From NCBI GenBank assembly GCA_050949565.1, contig JBMNFY010000017.1, forward strand, positions 768,001-832,000: a stretch of 64,000 nt of DNA, written 5' to 3'. The position numbers and the translations under genes were made by a program. Below are positions 18,521 through 27,884 of this stretch, in pieces; position 1 is the first letter of the stretch, and each line of letters begins with the position of its first letter. The DNA is from Kiritimatiellia bacterium. Its GTDB lineage: Bacteria > Verrucomicrobiota > Kiritimatiellia > RFP12 > UBA1067. The notes beneath the pieces are model-generated. The model saw only the letters and a program-made list of their open reading frames with translations, was not told where the DNA came from and ran no database searches.

Positions 18521-19695
18521 ACAAACTTCTCCATCCGCTCCATCGCCTCCTTGAGCTGTGTCATGCCGGTGGCGTAGGAACAGCGCAAGAACCCCTCGCC
18601 GCAGGCACCGAAAGCTTCGCCCGGCACACACGCGACATTACACTCGTTGAGCAGGCGCAGGGCAAACTCCTTGGAAGAGAGACCCGTAGACTGGATCGAT
18701 GGAAACACGTAAAACGCACCGCGCGGCATGAAGCAATCGAGCCCCATCTCATTGAGCGAAGCGACGATAAAGTTGCGCCGCAGATGGTAAGCGTCACGCA
18801 TTTCGGCGATGGCGGCATCACCGTGACGCAACGCTTCGAGACCGGCAGTCTGGCTGATCGACGAGGCGCACATCATGCCGTACTGGTGGATCTTCATCAT
18901 GGCGTCAATCAGCGGCGCCGGCGCGCAGGCATAACCCAGCCGGAAGCCGGTCATCGACCACGCCTTGGAAAATCCGTTGAGGAAGATCAGACGGTCGCGC
19001 AAACGCGGAATAGCCGCCATGGAGTGACGTCCGCCCTCGTAGGTCAGTTCCGAGTAGACCTCATCGGAGACCACCAGCAGATTGTGGCGGATCGCAAAAT
19101 CAGCCAGCGCCTCGGTGTCCGAACGGTCGAGCGTGGCACCGGTGGGATTGTTCGGGAAGTTGAGCAGCAGCACGCGGGTGCGCGGCGTGACCTTTTTCTC
19201 CAGTTCTTCGACTGTCAGGCGGAAGTCGTCCTTACGGAACGTCTCGACTGGTACCGGCACACCGTGCGCCATGCGGATAAGCGGCGCGTATGCGACAAAG
19301 CAGGGTTCGTGGTAGAGCACTTCGTCACCCGGCGAGAGGACGGCGCGCATCGCGAGATCGAACGCCTCACTGACCCCGACAGTCACGAGGATCTCGTGCT
19401 GCCAATCATACTCGGCGTGGAATGAGTCACGCATGTACGCGGCCAGTGCTTGACGCAACTCGGGGGTTCCGAGGTTCGAGGTGTAGCGCGTGGCGCCACG
19501 CTCGACCGCTTCGATCGTGCGTTCACGGATGTGCCATGGCGTCTGGAAGTCCGGCTCGCCGATACCGAGCGAGATCACATCTTTACGGCCAACGACAATG
19601 TCGAAAAAATCACGGATGCCGGATTTAGGCAGGCCCCGCACATGCGGCGCCACGAAATCAGGGGCAGACTTGGAGTCGGTCGTCATGGGATTCAC
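18502..19695 (-). CDS. PLP-dependent aminotransferase class I/II
   Basis: SLGIGEPDF, NFPNNPTG, SDEVY, NGFSKAWSMTGFRLG; exact start uncertain. Confidence 0.95.
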   Translation of the reverse strand: MNPMTTDSKSAPDFVAPHVRGLPKSGIRDFFDIVVGRKDVISLGIGEPDFQTPWHIRERTIEAVERGATRYTSNLGTPELRQALAAYMRDSFHAEYDWQHEILVTVGVSEAFDLAMRAVLSPGDEVLYHEPCFVAYAPLIRMAHGVPVPVETFRKDDFRLTVEELEKKVTPRTRVLLLNFPNNPTGATLDRSDTEALADFAIRHNLLVVSDEVYSELTYEGGRHSMAAIPRLRDRLIFLNGFSKAWSMTGFRLGYACAPAPLIDAMMKIHQYGMMCASSISQTAGLEALRHGDAAIAEMRDAYHLRRNFIVASLNEMGLDCFMPRGAFYVFPSIQSTGLSSKEFALRLLNECNVACVPGEAFGACGEGFLRCSYATGMTQLKEAMERMEKFVSALVR

Positions 19696-20137
19696 TTTCC
19701 ATCAGGACACCTTGGTCCTTGTAGGTTTTCAGCATGAAATGGGTGGATGTCGAAAGCACGCCGTCGAGAGGGGCGAGCCGTGCACTGACAAAATTCGCGA
19801 CCTCCTGCAAACTCGCGCCTTTGACGATGAGCAACAGGTCATAGGCACCGGACATCAGGTACATAGATTCGACTTGCGGGAATTTACCGATGCGCGCGGC
19901 CACGCGATCGAAGCCGCCCTCGCGCTCTGGGCGGACGCGCAGTTCGATCACGGCCTTTACGCCGCAGGTATCAAGCCGGTCGGTGTTGAGCAACGCCTGA
20001 TAGCCGCGGATCACGCCTTCTTCTTCGTAGGCGGCAATACGCGCGCGCACCTCCTGCTCGCTGATACCAAGCAATTTGGCGAGCGTCGCGTCAGATTCGC
20101 GGGCGTTTTTTTTCAGCAGTTCAAGCAAAGCATCCAT
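19658..20137 (-). CDS. Lrp/AsnC family transcriptional regulator
   Basis: N-terminal HTH (LLKKNARESDATLAKLLG...EEEGVIRGY) and RAM domain (MSGAYDLL); conserved pairing with an aminotransferase. Confidence 0.93.
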   Translation of the reverse strand: MDALLELLKKNARESDATLAKLLGISEQEVRARIAAYEEEGVIRGYQALLNTDRLDTCGVKAVIELRVRPEREGGFDRVAARIGKFPQVESMYLMSGAYDLLLIVKGASLQEVANFVSARLAPLDGVLSTSTHFMLKTYKDQGVLMESESHDDRLQVCP

Positions 20138-20205
20138 GGCAACTCACCTTCCTGATTTAAGAATAGCCCTCAGTTTAGCGTAAAATGGGCAACGGTGGCA
20201 AAGGT

Positions 20206-20688
20206 TTAGAGGACCTCGACCTGATCAATCTCGGCAGTCACCGCCACTGCCTGCCCGATCATGTCTACGTTGAGCACCACTTTCAGCGCTCCGGCCAACC
20301 GTGCAACGCGCCCCTCGACACCGCGGAACGGACCGTCGGTGATGCGTACCAAGCGTCCCGCCGTCAGCGGCTTGGCGGCTTCAAGCGCCGGATTGGCACG
20401 CAGCGCGCGCCGCACCATTACCAGATCACGCAACATACGGCGCGGGAATTCCGGCTCAAGAATACGCACCAACAGATTGGTCTTGAGCAGCGCGAGACGC
20501 CGGTCGGGCGTAACGCGGGCGAAGACATAGCCCGGAAACACCGGTAAACGGACCGTAACTCTACGACGTTGCGTCATGCGCGTTTTTTCACGGAGCGGCA
20601 AATAGTACGCGATCCCGTAGAGTTGGCAGTATTCGGCGACCTTCTTTTCGGTTCGAGGTTTTACAAAGAGGACCTTCCAGTATTGCAT
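20206..20688 (-). CDS. NusG paralogue, UpxY/RfaH-type antiterminator
   Basis: WKVLFVKPRTEKKVA...YYLP...PVFPGYVF NGN domain and KOW motif VRITDGPFRGVEG. Confidence 0.9.
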   Translation of the reverse strand: MQYWKVLFVKPRTEKKVAEYCQLYGIAYYLPLREKTRMTQRRRVTVRLPVFPGYVFARVTPDRRLALLKTNLLVRILEPEFPRRMLRDLVMVRRALRANPALEAAKPLTAGRLVRITDGPFRGVEGRVARLAGALKVVLNVDMIGQAVAVTAEIDQVEVL

Positions 20689-20882
20689 ACACGGCCTATC
20701 ATAGGCTCTAAGGGCGGAGTTGGGCAATACCGGTTTCGGATTTCTGTTTTTTTGGTTTAACTCGGAGCTTGTATTCCCACCTAGGATGGGGTTTAATTTT
20801 ACATTCTTTCGATTCTAATCAGGTGTCAAGTAAACGCAACGCGTCCAGCGACGGTCGGTGGGCGCGGGACGTAAGGTGAGGA

Positions 20883-23261
20883 GTGGAACCGATGCGAATG
20901 TTTATTCGTGCGTTGGCGGCGGTGGTCGTGTTTTCGGCCGCGTGTGTGATGGGTGCCGAAACCCTAGTGAAGGATGTGTCAGTCCGCGTGCTGGACCAGT
21001 TCGGAACTGATGCGACGGACGTGCTTTCTTTCTGCAGTGTGCAGCCGGGAGCGAGCCTGTCGCAGGAGGCGCTCTCCAAAGATGTGCGCGCGCTACTGGA
21101 CACCGGGCGTTACGGATATGCGGGCGTTGAACTGGAGAAGGTCGAGGGCGGCGTGCGCGTGATTTACGTGGTGAGACGTCGCCACCGTTTCCAGGAACCG
21201 CTGTCCATCAAAGGTGCCGAGTACCTGAGCGAGCGCAAGATCCGCAAGCTTTCCGAGTTGAAGAGCGGCGACTATATCGACGAGCCGATCCTCGCCTCGA
21301 AGGTCTCGAAGATCCGTGACGAGTACGTGAAGAAATTCTTCCCGAACGTCCTGATCGGCGTCGAGATCCAGCCGATTCCGAACAGCGCCGGCGCGGCGAA
21401 TGTGGTTCTGACCATTGAAGAAGGCGAGCGCGCCAAGGTACGCAAGTACCGCTTCACCGGCAATGTCTCGATCCCTGATAAGGACCTGCGCTCCTCCTTC
21501 GGCCAACGCCCGTGGTACGACCCGCGTGGCTGGTTCACCGACACCCCGGTCTCGGCGCAGGACCTCGAGGATGCGCGTCAGATGGCCGAGGACGTCTACA
21601 AAAACGCCGGTTACTTGGATGCGCGCGTGGCGGCACCGACCATGGAGAAGGTCGGCAAAGAGAGAGTGGATGTGGTTTTCGCCGTCACCGAGGGTGACCT
21701 GTACACGGTCGAGTCGACCGCGATTCGCGGCGTGAAGCTCTTCCCCGAAGGCGCAGTGCTGGCAGCGGGCGAGCGGCTCAAGGTGGACGCGATCGCCGGA
21801 CAGCAGACAATCGACGACGCGGCTAAAGACATCCGCGATTACTACGGTTCGCGCGGCTACGTGGATACCGCCGTGCGCGCGCTCAAAGAGACCGTGCCGG
21901 GCAAGCCGGGACGCATGGCGATCACCTACGAGGTGCGCGAAGGCGAACTGGTCCACATCCGTAACATCGTGATCCGCGGCAACAACAAGACCAAGGACAA
22001 GGTGATCCGCCGCGAGGTGCTGGTCAGCCCCGGCGAGATCATGAATGAGCCGCGCATCGAACGCAGCGAGAACCGCCTGAAGAACTTGCAGTATTTCAAG
22101 AGTGTGCGCCACTACTCCGAGCAAACCGACAAGCCCGGCGTGCGTGATCTGGTCTACGAGGTCGAAGAGCAGCGCACCGGCAACTTCATGATCGGCGCGG
22201 GCGTGTCCAGCATCGACAACGTGGTGGGCTTTCTGGAGATCACCCAGAGCAACTTCGATATCCTGAACTGGCCGAACTTCACAGGCGGTGGACAGAAGGC
22301 GCGTTTGGGCGTGGAAGTCGGTTCGCGCCGTCAGACGGCCGAGGTCTCTTGGACTGAGCCTTGGTTCTTGGACCGCCCGCTGGCGTTGACTGTCGAGGCA
22401 TATCGCCGCATGCGCTGGTATGACCAATACGACGAGATCCGCACCGGCGGATCGATCGGGCTCTCGTACCCCGTCAAGATCGGCCGCGTCGGTATGCGCT
22501 ACACGCTCGAGTTGGTCGAAATGGATGACGTCAGTAACAGCGAGTGGTACGCCGACCCCGAGGGCATGGAATCTGTTGTGCCTGACACCTGGGATGGCGA
22601 CGCCGACAAGTATTTCAAGTGGCAGGAAGATGAGTTCGGTGATGACCTCAACAGCGTGTTGCGTCTCTATTGGGCGCACGATACGCGCGACCATGCCTTC
22701 ATCCCGACCAAGGGTTACCAGACGACAGTCTTCGGCGAGGCCTCCGAAAGTGGTCTTGGCGACAGCGAGTATTACAAACTGGGTGCCAACTACCGCCACT
22801 GGTTCCGTATGCCGTGGTACAAGCATGTGCTGAGTCTGCGCGGACGCATTGAGACGGTCGACGCCTACGGCAATGACGAAGTGCCGATCTACGAGCGGCT
22901 CTTCCTGGGCGGCCCGCGCACCGTACGCGGTGTTGAATACCGTGACATCGGCCCCAAGGTGTTCCGCGGCAACGGCGGTAAGAGCCACGCGCCGATCGGT
23001 GGCGAGACGCTGGCCCTGGTCTCGGCCGAATACACGATCCCAGTCTTTAAGGCGGTACGCTTCGCGACCTTTGTGGACGTGGGCTCAATCGGCGAGGATG
23101 CCTTCGACCCCGAACTGTCCGACGTGTGCGTAACGGCCGGCGTGGGCATCCGCATCGATATCCCGGGCTTCCCGATCCGCTTCGACTTCGCGGTGCCGGT
23201 GGTTGATGACGACGACTACACCGACGACGAGGTCTTCTCGTTCGCGATCGGCTTTGAATAA
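20883..23261 (+). CDS. bamA: Outer membrane protein assembly factor BamA
   Basis: Signal peptide, POTRA repeats (GNNKTKDKVIRRE), LGGPRTVRG motif, C-terminal FSFAIGFE; in bamA-skp-lpxD order. Confidence 0.96.
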   Translation: MEPMRMFIRALAAVVVFSAACVMGAETLVKDVSVRVLDQFGTDATDVLSFCSVQPGASLSQEALSKDVRALLDTGRYGYAGVELEKVEGGVRVIYVVRRRHRFQEPLSIKGAEYLSERKIRKLSELKSGDYIDEPILASKVSKIRDEYVKKFFPNVLIGVEIQPIPNSAGAANVVLTIEEGERAKVRKYRFTGNVSIPDKDLRSSFGQRPWYDPRGWFTDTPVSAQDLEDARQMAEDVYKNAGYLDARVAAPTMEKVGKERVDVVFAVTEGDLYTVESTAIRGVKLFPEGAVLAAGERLKVDAIAGQQTIDDAAKDIRDYYGSRGYVDTAVRALKETVPGKPGRMAITYEVREGELVHIRNIVIRGNNKTKDKVIRREVLVSPGEIMNEPRIERSENRLKNLQYFKSVRHYSEQTDKPGVRDLVYEVEEQRTGNFMIGAGVSSIDNVVGFLEITQSNFDILNWPNFTGGGQKARLGVEVGSRRQTAEVSWTEPWFLDRPLALTVEAYRRMRWYDQYDEIRTGGSIGLSYPVKIGRVGMRYTLELVEMDDVSNSEWYADPEGMESVVPDTWDGDADKYFKWQEDEFGDDLNSVLRLYWAHDTRDHAFIPTKGYQTTVFGEASESGLGDSEYYKLGANYRHWFRMPWYKHVLSLRGRIETVDAYGNDEVPIYERLFLGGPRTVRGVEYRDIGPKVFRGNGGKSHAPIGGETLALVSAEYTIPVFKAVRFATFVDVGSIGEDAFDPELSDVCVTAGVGIRIDIPGFPIRFDFAVPVVDDDDYTDDEVFSFAIGFE

Positions 23262-23270
23262 GGACTTGAT

Positions 23271-23301
23271 GGCAGACGGGCGGATTGACCGCCCGCCTGC
23301 C
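23271..23301 (+). terminator. Hairpin between bamA and skp
   Basis: GGCAGACGGGCGG-ATTGA-CCGCCCGCCTGCC; no U tract, so possibly an mRNA-stabilising stem. Confidence 0.4.
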
Positions 23302-23321
23302 GTGGATTAGGGAGGATACGT

Positions 23322-23924
23322 ATGAAAAAGATGATGGTGATGCTGGCGGCGGCGCTGACCGCGTCCATGATGCTGGCACAGGAAAAGACCGCAGTGGTCA
23401 ACATGGTGGATCTGGTGCGTTTCCACCCGAGTCGCGAGCGCGACCGTAAGTTGATGCAAGATACCGAAAAAGAGTTTCAGGCCAAGCTCGACAAACAGCG
23501 TGACCGCTTCGAGGAACTGCGCGACGATTATGAGAAGGCGGTTAAGGAAGCGCGCAACCCGGCCCTCAATGAAAAGGCCAGGGCCGAGGCCGAGGACAAG
23601 GCCATGAAGCACCGCGACGTGCTGGCCGAAGCCGACCGAGATCTGCGTCAGGAGATGCAAAAGTTGCAGCGCGAACTAGGAGACCTTGATGCGCGCCTGT
23701 TGCGCCAAGTGACCGGCGACATCCGCGAGGTGTTGACCAAGTACGCGCAGGAGACCCAAACCAGTATCATCCTTGATGGTACGACTATGGCCTATTTCGA
23801 CCCCAAGTTGGATGTGACCGATGAGGTCCTCAAACGCATGGGCGTAGATCCCAAACTGCGCAAAGAAGCGCAGGAAAAGGCTGACAAGGAGCACGCCGAA
23901 AAAGCCGCTGCCGACAAGAAATAG
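23322..23924 (+). CDS. skp: OmpH/Skp periplasmic chaperone
   Basis: Signal peptide, KTAVVNM, long coiled coil, LDVTDEVL; synteny. Confidence 0.9.
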   Translation: MKKMMVMLAAALTASMMLAQEKTAVVNMVDLVRFHPSRERDRKLMQDTEKEFQAKLDKQRDRFEELRDDYEKAVKEARNPALNEKARAEAEDKAMKHRDVLAEADRDLRQEMQKLQRELGDLDARLLRQVTGDIREVLTKYAQETQTSIILDGTTMAYFDPKLDVTDEVLKRMGVDPKLRKEAQEKADKEHAEKAAADKK

Positions 23925-24008
23925 TTTTGGAAACGACCGTAAAGAGCAGAGGGCACAGAGAAAACCGTTCTTCTCTGTGCTCTCTTGATTTTAAGAAGGG
24001 GTGTTGTA

Positions 24009-25043
24009 ATGACCGTCAAAGAATTATCTGAGCGACTGGGTGGCGAACTGTCAGGTGACGGCTCGCTGAAGGTCTGCGCATTGGCCAGCCTGCCGGAGGC
24101 GCGCCCCGGCGATGTGTCATTCGTAAAGGATGCGAAGTACGCCCGCCAAGCGGGCACCACGCGCGCGAGCGCGGTGCTGGTGCCGCTTGACTGGCAGGGC
24201 GAGTGTTCGGCACCGGCATTGGTCAAGGTAAAAGATCCAGACGCCGCCTGCACACAGGTGGCCCAATGGTTCGCGCCGCCGCCTGTCGTTCGTGCCCCCG
24301 GCATCCACCCCACCGCCGTAATCGCGGAGGATGTCAAACTCGGACGGGATGTGCACATCGGGCCTTGGACGGTGATTGAGGCGGGCGTCGAAATCGGCGA
24401 TGGCTCAGTGATCGAAGCGCAAGTCTTCATCGGCCAGCGTGTCCGAATGGGTGAAGGCTGCCACCTCTATCCGCAGGTCACCGTTCGTGAAGGTTGCCTG
24501 CTCGGACGGCGCGTAGTCCTGCACTCCGGCGTGCGCATCGGCGGCGACGGTTACGGATACAACCCCGTGCCTAGGGCAGACGGTTCGATCTCCGTAGAGA
24601 AGATCCCGCAACTCGGCATCGTCGAACTGGGCGATGACGTGGAGATCGGCTGTAACACAACGATTGATCGCGCACGCTTCGGACGCACGCGTATCGGCAA
24701 TTCCACGAAGATCGACAATCTGGTGCAGATCGGCCACAACGTGCAGATCGGCGACTACAGCGGCGTCATCGCGCAGGCCGGCGTGGCCGGCAGCACGCAT
24801 ATCGGATCGGGTTGCCTGATCTGGGCGCAGGCCGGCCTCTCCGGTCACCTCACGATCGGCGACCGTGCACAAGTCGGTCCCAAGAGCGGCCTCTCCAAAG
24901 ATGTCCCGCCCGGCGAGTATGTGCTTGGCCTGCCCGCCCTGCCCAAACGCGAATTCGCTGCCACATTGCTGCTGCCGCGCTTGGTCGAAAAGCTCAAGGC
25001 GCGCATCGAGGCACTGGAAGCGCGACTGGGAGCGCGGAGCTAG
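24009..25043 (+). CDS. lpxD: UDP-3-O-acylglucosamine N-acyltransferase LpxD
   Basis: Hexapeptide repeats, GDGYGY, KIPQLG, TIDRA, KIDNLVQIGHNV. Confidence 0.96.
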   Translation: MTVKELSERLGGELSGDGSLKVCALASLPEARPGDVSFVKDAKYARQAGTTRASAVLVPLDWQGECSAPALVKVKDPDAACTQVAQWFAPPPVVRAPGIHPTAVIAEDVKLGRDVHIGPWTVIEAGVEIGDGSVIEAQVFIGQRVRMGEGCHLYPQVTVREGCLLGRRVVLHSGVRIGGDGYGYNPVPRADGSISVEKIPQLGIVELGDDVEIGCNTTIDRARFGRTRIGNSTKIDNLVQIGHNVQIGDYSGVIAQAGVAGSTHIGSGCLIWAQAGLSGHLTIGDRAQVGPKSGLSKDVPPGEYVLGLPALPKREFAATLLLPRLVEKLKARIEALEARLGARS

Positions 25044-25046
25044 CAT

Positions 25047-25175
25047 TTAGCCCGCCGCGCGGCTTCGCCGCGAAAAAACCTTGGAATAAGTTTAGGACAT
25101 GATTACATGATTAACATGATGTTGTTCAATCCTGAAAATCATGTAAATCATGTAATCCTGTCAATTTATAGGTAA
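25047..25175. repeat. Dispersed CATGATT-periodic element (inverted homologue of 13630-13808)
   Basis: TTAGCCCGCCGCGCGGCTTCGCCGCGAAAAAACCTTGGAATAAG...AATCCTGAAAATCATG...CCTGTCAATTTATAGG. Confidence 0.85.
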
Positions 25176-25304
25176 GGATTTAGGATTTTTTAACTTCTGC
25201 GTTCAGAAGCGGCGGTGTAACCGCCGTGACCGCGCCTCTTGTCTCATGTCTCTCGTCATCAGGACGGTAGTAGTATGCTCCCTTTTCTTTCAAGGATGCA
25301 ACAC

Positions 25305-26735
25305 ATGCAAAAACAACAAAACGTGAAACGCGGTGTCTGGACTGTGGCGGTCGTCAGCCTGGCACTCGGCGCGCAGGCAGTCACGGTCATCAACCAGACC
25401 ACTAAACAACTCCTGTTTTATGACGACTTCGAGTCCGCGCCAGCGGCCAGCAGCAGCGCCCACCCCGACACGAGCGGCGACTACGATCCGGTGGCCACGG
25501 TCGTGCCGGGAAGCAGTTGGCTGATTAATGAAACCGGCCCGACCAACATTCAGGTCACCGCCTACCGCGGCAACGGCGTGAACGATCCGGCGCGCCCCCC
25601 GCAGGGGACGAACTACCTGCGTGTGGTCCGGCACTGGGATGCTGCTCCATCTGAGGCCACGCTCGTCCTGCCTGCCGTCCAGAACACCCCGGGCGACAAG
25701 ATTCATCTTGAAATGCTGGTCTGGATTCCGCGTCATCCCAATTGGGGTGCGTTCCGGTTTTCGTTGCTCGGCTCGGATGCCAACTCTAGGGTCAACGTGG
25801 CGGTCGAGACGAATAGAGTCGATACGGGAGACGTTCAATCCCAAGCCATGGCCGGCGGTCACTACAAAATCGACGGGCTCACCTATCGCGTGGAGACTTG
25901 GCAGAAGTGGGAAGTCGATTATGTGATCGGTGCTACCACATTTACGATCAGCGTTGACGGGAACAAGAAAACCGTGAGCACTAGGCTCGATGGCGGGGAT
26001 GTCGCCTCGATCCGCTTCCGCAACGAATGGGCGGGAACCAACCTTCGGTTCTACCTGGACGCCACGGGATATGACGGCAAGTCGCAGAAATCGCTGACGC
26101 TCTTCCGCGACGGCTTCGAACGATGCATTGTGGGCAGCGTACCGGCCCTGACCGACCCGGAAGTCGGCTGCTATGACACAGCGGCGGGGGTGGTTGTGCG
26201 CACAGGTGCCACAAGCGGGGGGCCGACGGCGGCCTACAGCGGCGCAAACTACTGCGAGTTCACCGGCTCCCACTCGCTGAACTGCATGTTCCTCGGCGGT
26301 GCTTTTCCGCCGAACGTGCAGAAGTTGCGTACGCGGTTTAGGATTTGGTACCCCTATGACGGAGTGTCCGCCCACGGCATCACCAAAAGTGACGCGCTCA
26401 GCAGCGCCAACTGCTTGGTGTTTAACAAGTTGACAGGCTATGGCTATGAATCCCATGACGGTACGAAATGCCAGTGGATCTCGCCCGGCACTTACTCCGT
26501 GCCGAAAAACAGATGGGTTCCGATTGAGATGGTTTGGTACCCGACCCGCCAAACCGTCTGGGTGACCTTAGACAACGGCGCGCCGATCCAAGCGCATCTG
26601 TACGGCGCGGTTCCCGATGTCCTAGACCGGTTCCTTTTCAAGACCCAGACTGGCGAAAACAATAACCGCTTTGGGGTAGATGACATCGAAGCGGAGTGGG
26701 TGTACAACCCCGGCACGCTCATTGTTTTTCCGTGA
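25305..26735 (+). CDS. Secreted protein with two lectin/beta-sandwich-like domains and C-terminal PGTLIVFP tail
   Basis: Signal peptide (VWTVAVVSLALGAQA), repeated LFxDxFE starts, W-rich beta strands; function unknown. Confidence 0.7.
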   Translation: MQKQQNVKRGVWTVAVVSLALGAQAVTVINQTTKQLLFYDDFESAPAASSSAHPDTSGDYDPVATVVPGSSWLINETGPTNIQVTAYRGNGVNDPARPPQGTNYLRVVRHWDAAPSEATLVLPAVQNTPGDKIHLEMLVWIPRHPNWGAFRFSLLGSDANSRVNVAVETNRVDTGDVQSQAMAGGHYKIDGLTYRVETWQKWEVDYVIGATTFTISVDGNKKTVSTRLDGGDVASIRFRNEWAGTNLRFYLDATGYDGKSQKSLTLFRDGFERCIVGSVPALTDPEVGCYDTAAGVVVRTGATSGGPTAAYSGANYCEFTGSHSLNCMFLGGAFPPNVQKLRTRFRIWYPYDGVSAHGITKSDALSSANCLVFNKLTGYGYESHDGTKCQWISPGTYSVPKNRWVPIEMVWYPTRQTVWVTLDNGAPIQAHLYGAVPDVLDRFLFKTQTGENNNRFGVDDIEAEWVYNPGTLIVFP

Positions 26736-27406
26736 TGCAAGAAGGGGGAGGGAACGCCTTGCACGATTCATGGACAGCATTCACGCAGACTGAATTCCAG
26801 AAGCCTTACTTCAAGGCGTTGATGGATTTCTTGGAAGCGGCGTACGCCGCGCAGACCGTCTACCCGCCTCGGGACGACATCTTCAACGCCTACGCGCTGT
26901 CTGCCGACGCGGTGAGGGTCGTGATCCTCGGACAAGACCCCTACCACGGCCCGAGACAATCGCACGGGCTAGCCTTTTCGGTAAATGACACGGTGCCCCT
27001 GCCGCCGAGCCTGCGGAATATTTTCAAGGAGGTCCAGCGCGACACCGGTGCGCCGGTGCCCGCGACGGGGCATTTACAGCGTTGGGCCGATCAGGGCGTC
27101 ATGTTGCTGAACGCCACCCTGACCGTCGAAGCCGGATGCGCAGGCAGCCACCGCGGGCGCGGCTGGGAAACGTTCACCGATGCGACCATCCAGTGGCTAG
27201 CCGCGCGGCGCGACCACCTGGTCTTTATGCTGTGGGGGCGTGACGCGCGCCGCAAAAAAACGCTCATCGACGCATCACGGCATCTGATCCTTGAGGCCGC
27301 ACACCCCTCCCCGCTCTCGGCGCACGCCGGGTTTTTCGGATGTGGCCATTTTTCACAAGCCAACCGCTACCTGCTGGCTCACGGCCACACGCCGATCGTG
27401 TGGTAG
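26735..27406 (+). CDS. ung: Uracil-DNA glycosylase family 1
   Basis: ILGQDPYHG, PPSLRNIFKE, LLNATLTV, HPSPLS; start 26735 or TTG 26759. Confidence 0.96.
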   Translation: MQEGGGNALHDSWTAFTQTEFQKPYFKALMDFLEAAYAAQTVYPPRDDIFNAYALSADAVRVVILGQDPYHGPRQSHGLAFSVNDTVPLPPSLRNIFKEVQRDTGAPVPATGHLQRWADQGVMLLNATLTVEAGCAGSHRGRGWETFTDATIQWLAARRDHLVFMLWGRDARRKKTLIDASRHLILEAAHPSPLSAHAGFFGCGHFSQANRYLLAHGHTPIVW

Positions 27407-27516
27407 CCGCCGCGCGGCCGCGCGGCGGCGCGGAGTTGACATTTAGGAGTTAGGAGTTAGGAGTTTTTTTCGTGTTTTGCGCACCCCCAAACGCCACCCT
27501 CCAACGCTCGTCGTTA

Positions 27517-27585
27517 CCGGGCTTGCGAAGCGCTGGGAGGGGCAAGCGTCTGCTTGCCCGCGGACGAGCGACGCTCGTCCCTCCC
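27517..27585. repeat. REP-like double palindrome, inverted copy at 58842-58907
   Basis: GGCTTGCGAAGCGCTGGGAGGGGCAAGCGTCTGCTTGCCCGCGGACGAGCGACGCTCGTCCCTCCC. Confidence 0.85.
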
Positions 27586-27884
27586 GGTGCTCCGCGAGCC
27601 GAACGACTGGATTTGGCGTGAGGCAAAAAACCTCCATGTTGCTATGATGACAACACCCGCCTCTAACAAGAAGCCAACAAGAAACTAACGCGAAAATCCG
27701 CACTTTTTCACGTTTTGCACTTGAATACTCTGCGGAAAAAGCCGAAAATGCGCACCTTCTTTTAACCGCTCCATGACAGGGAGCAAAAAGTGGTCCGCAG
27801 AAAAAAGCCCGACCACGCTATCCGGACATGTCGATCGGCGACTGAAGTCCGGAAGCAAGTAACGATCCAAGGAGTCTCAAGACC

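Noticed and set aside
21093-22988. Long antisense ORFs opposite bamA, the fucosidase, fusA, the toxin gene, the transposase and the GRE
   Set aside because: Typical high-GC shadow frames overlapping well-supported genes, with no motifs.
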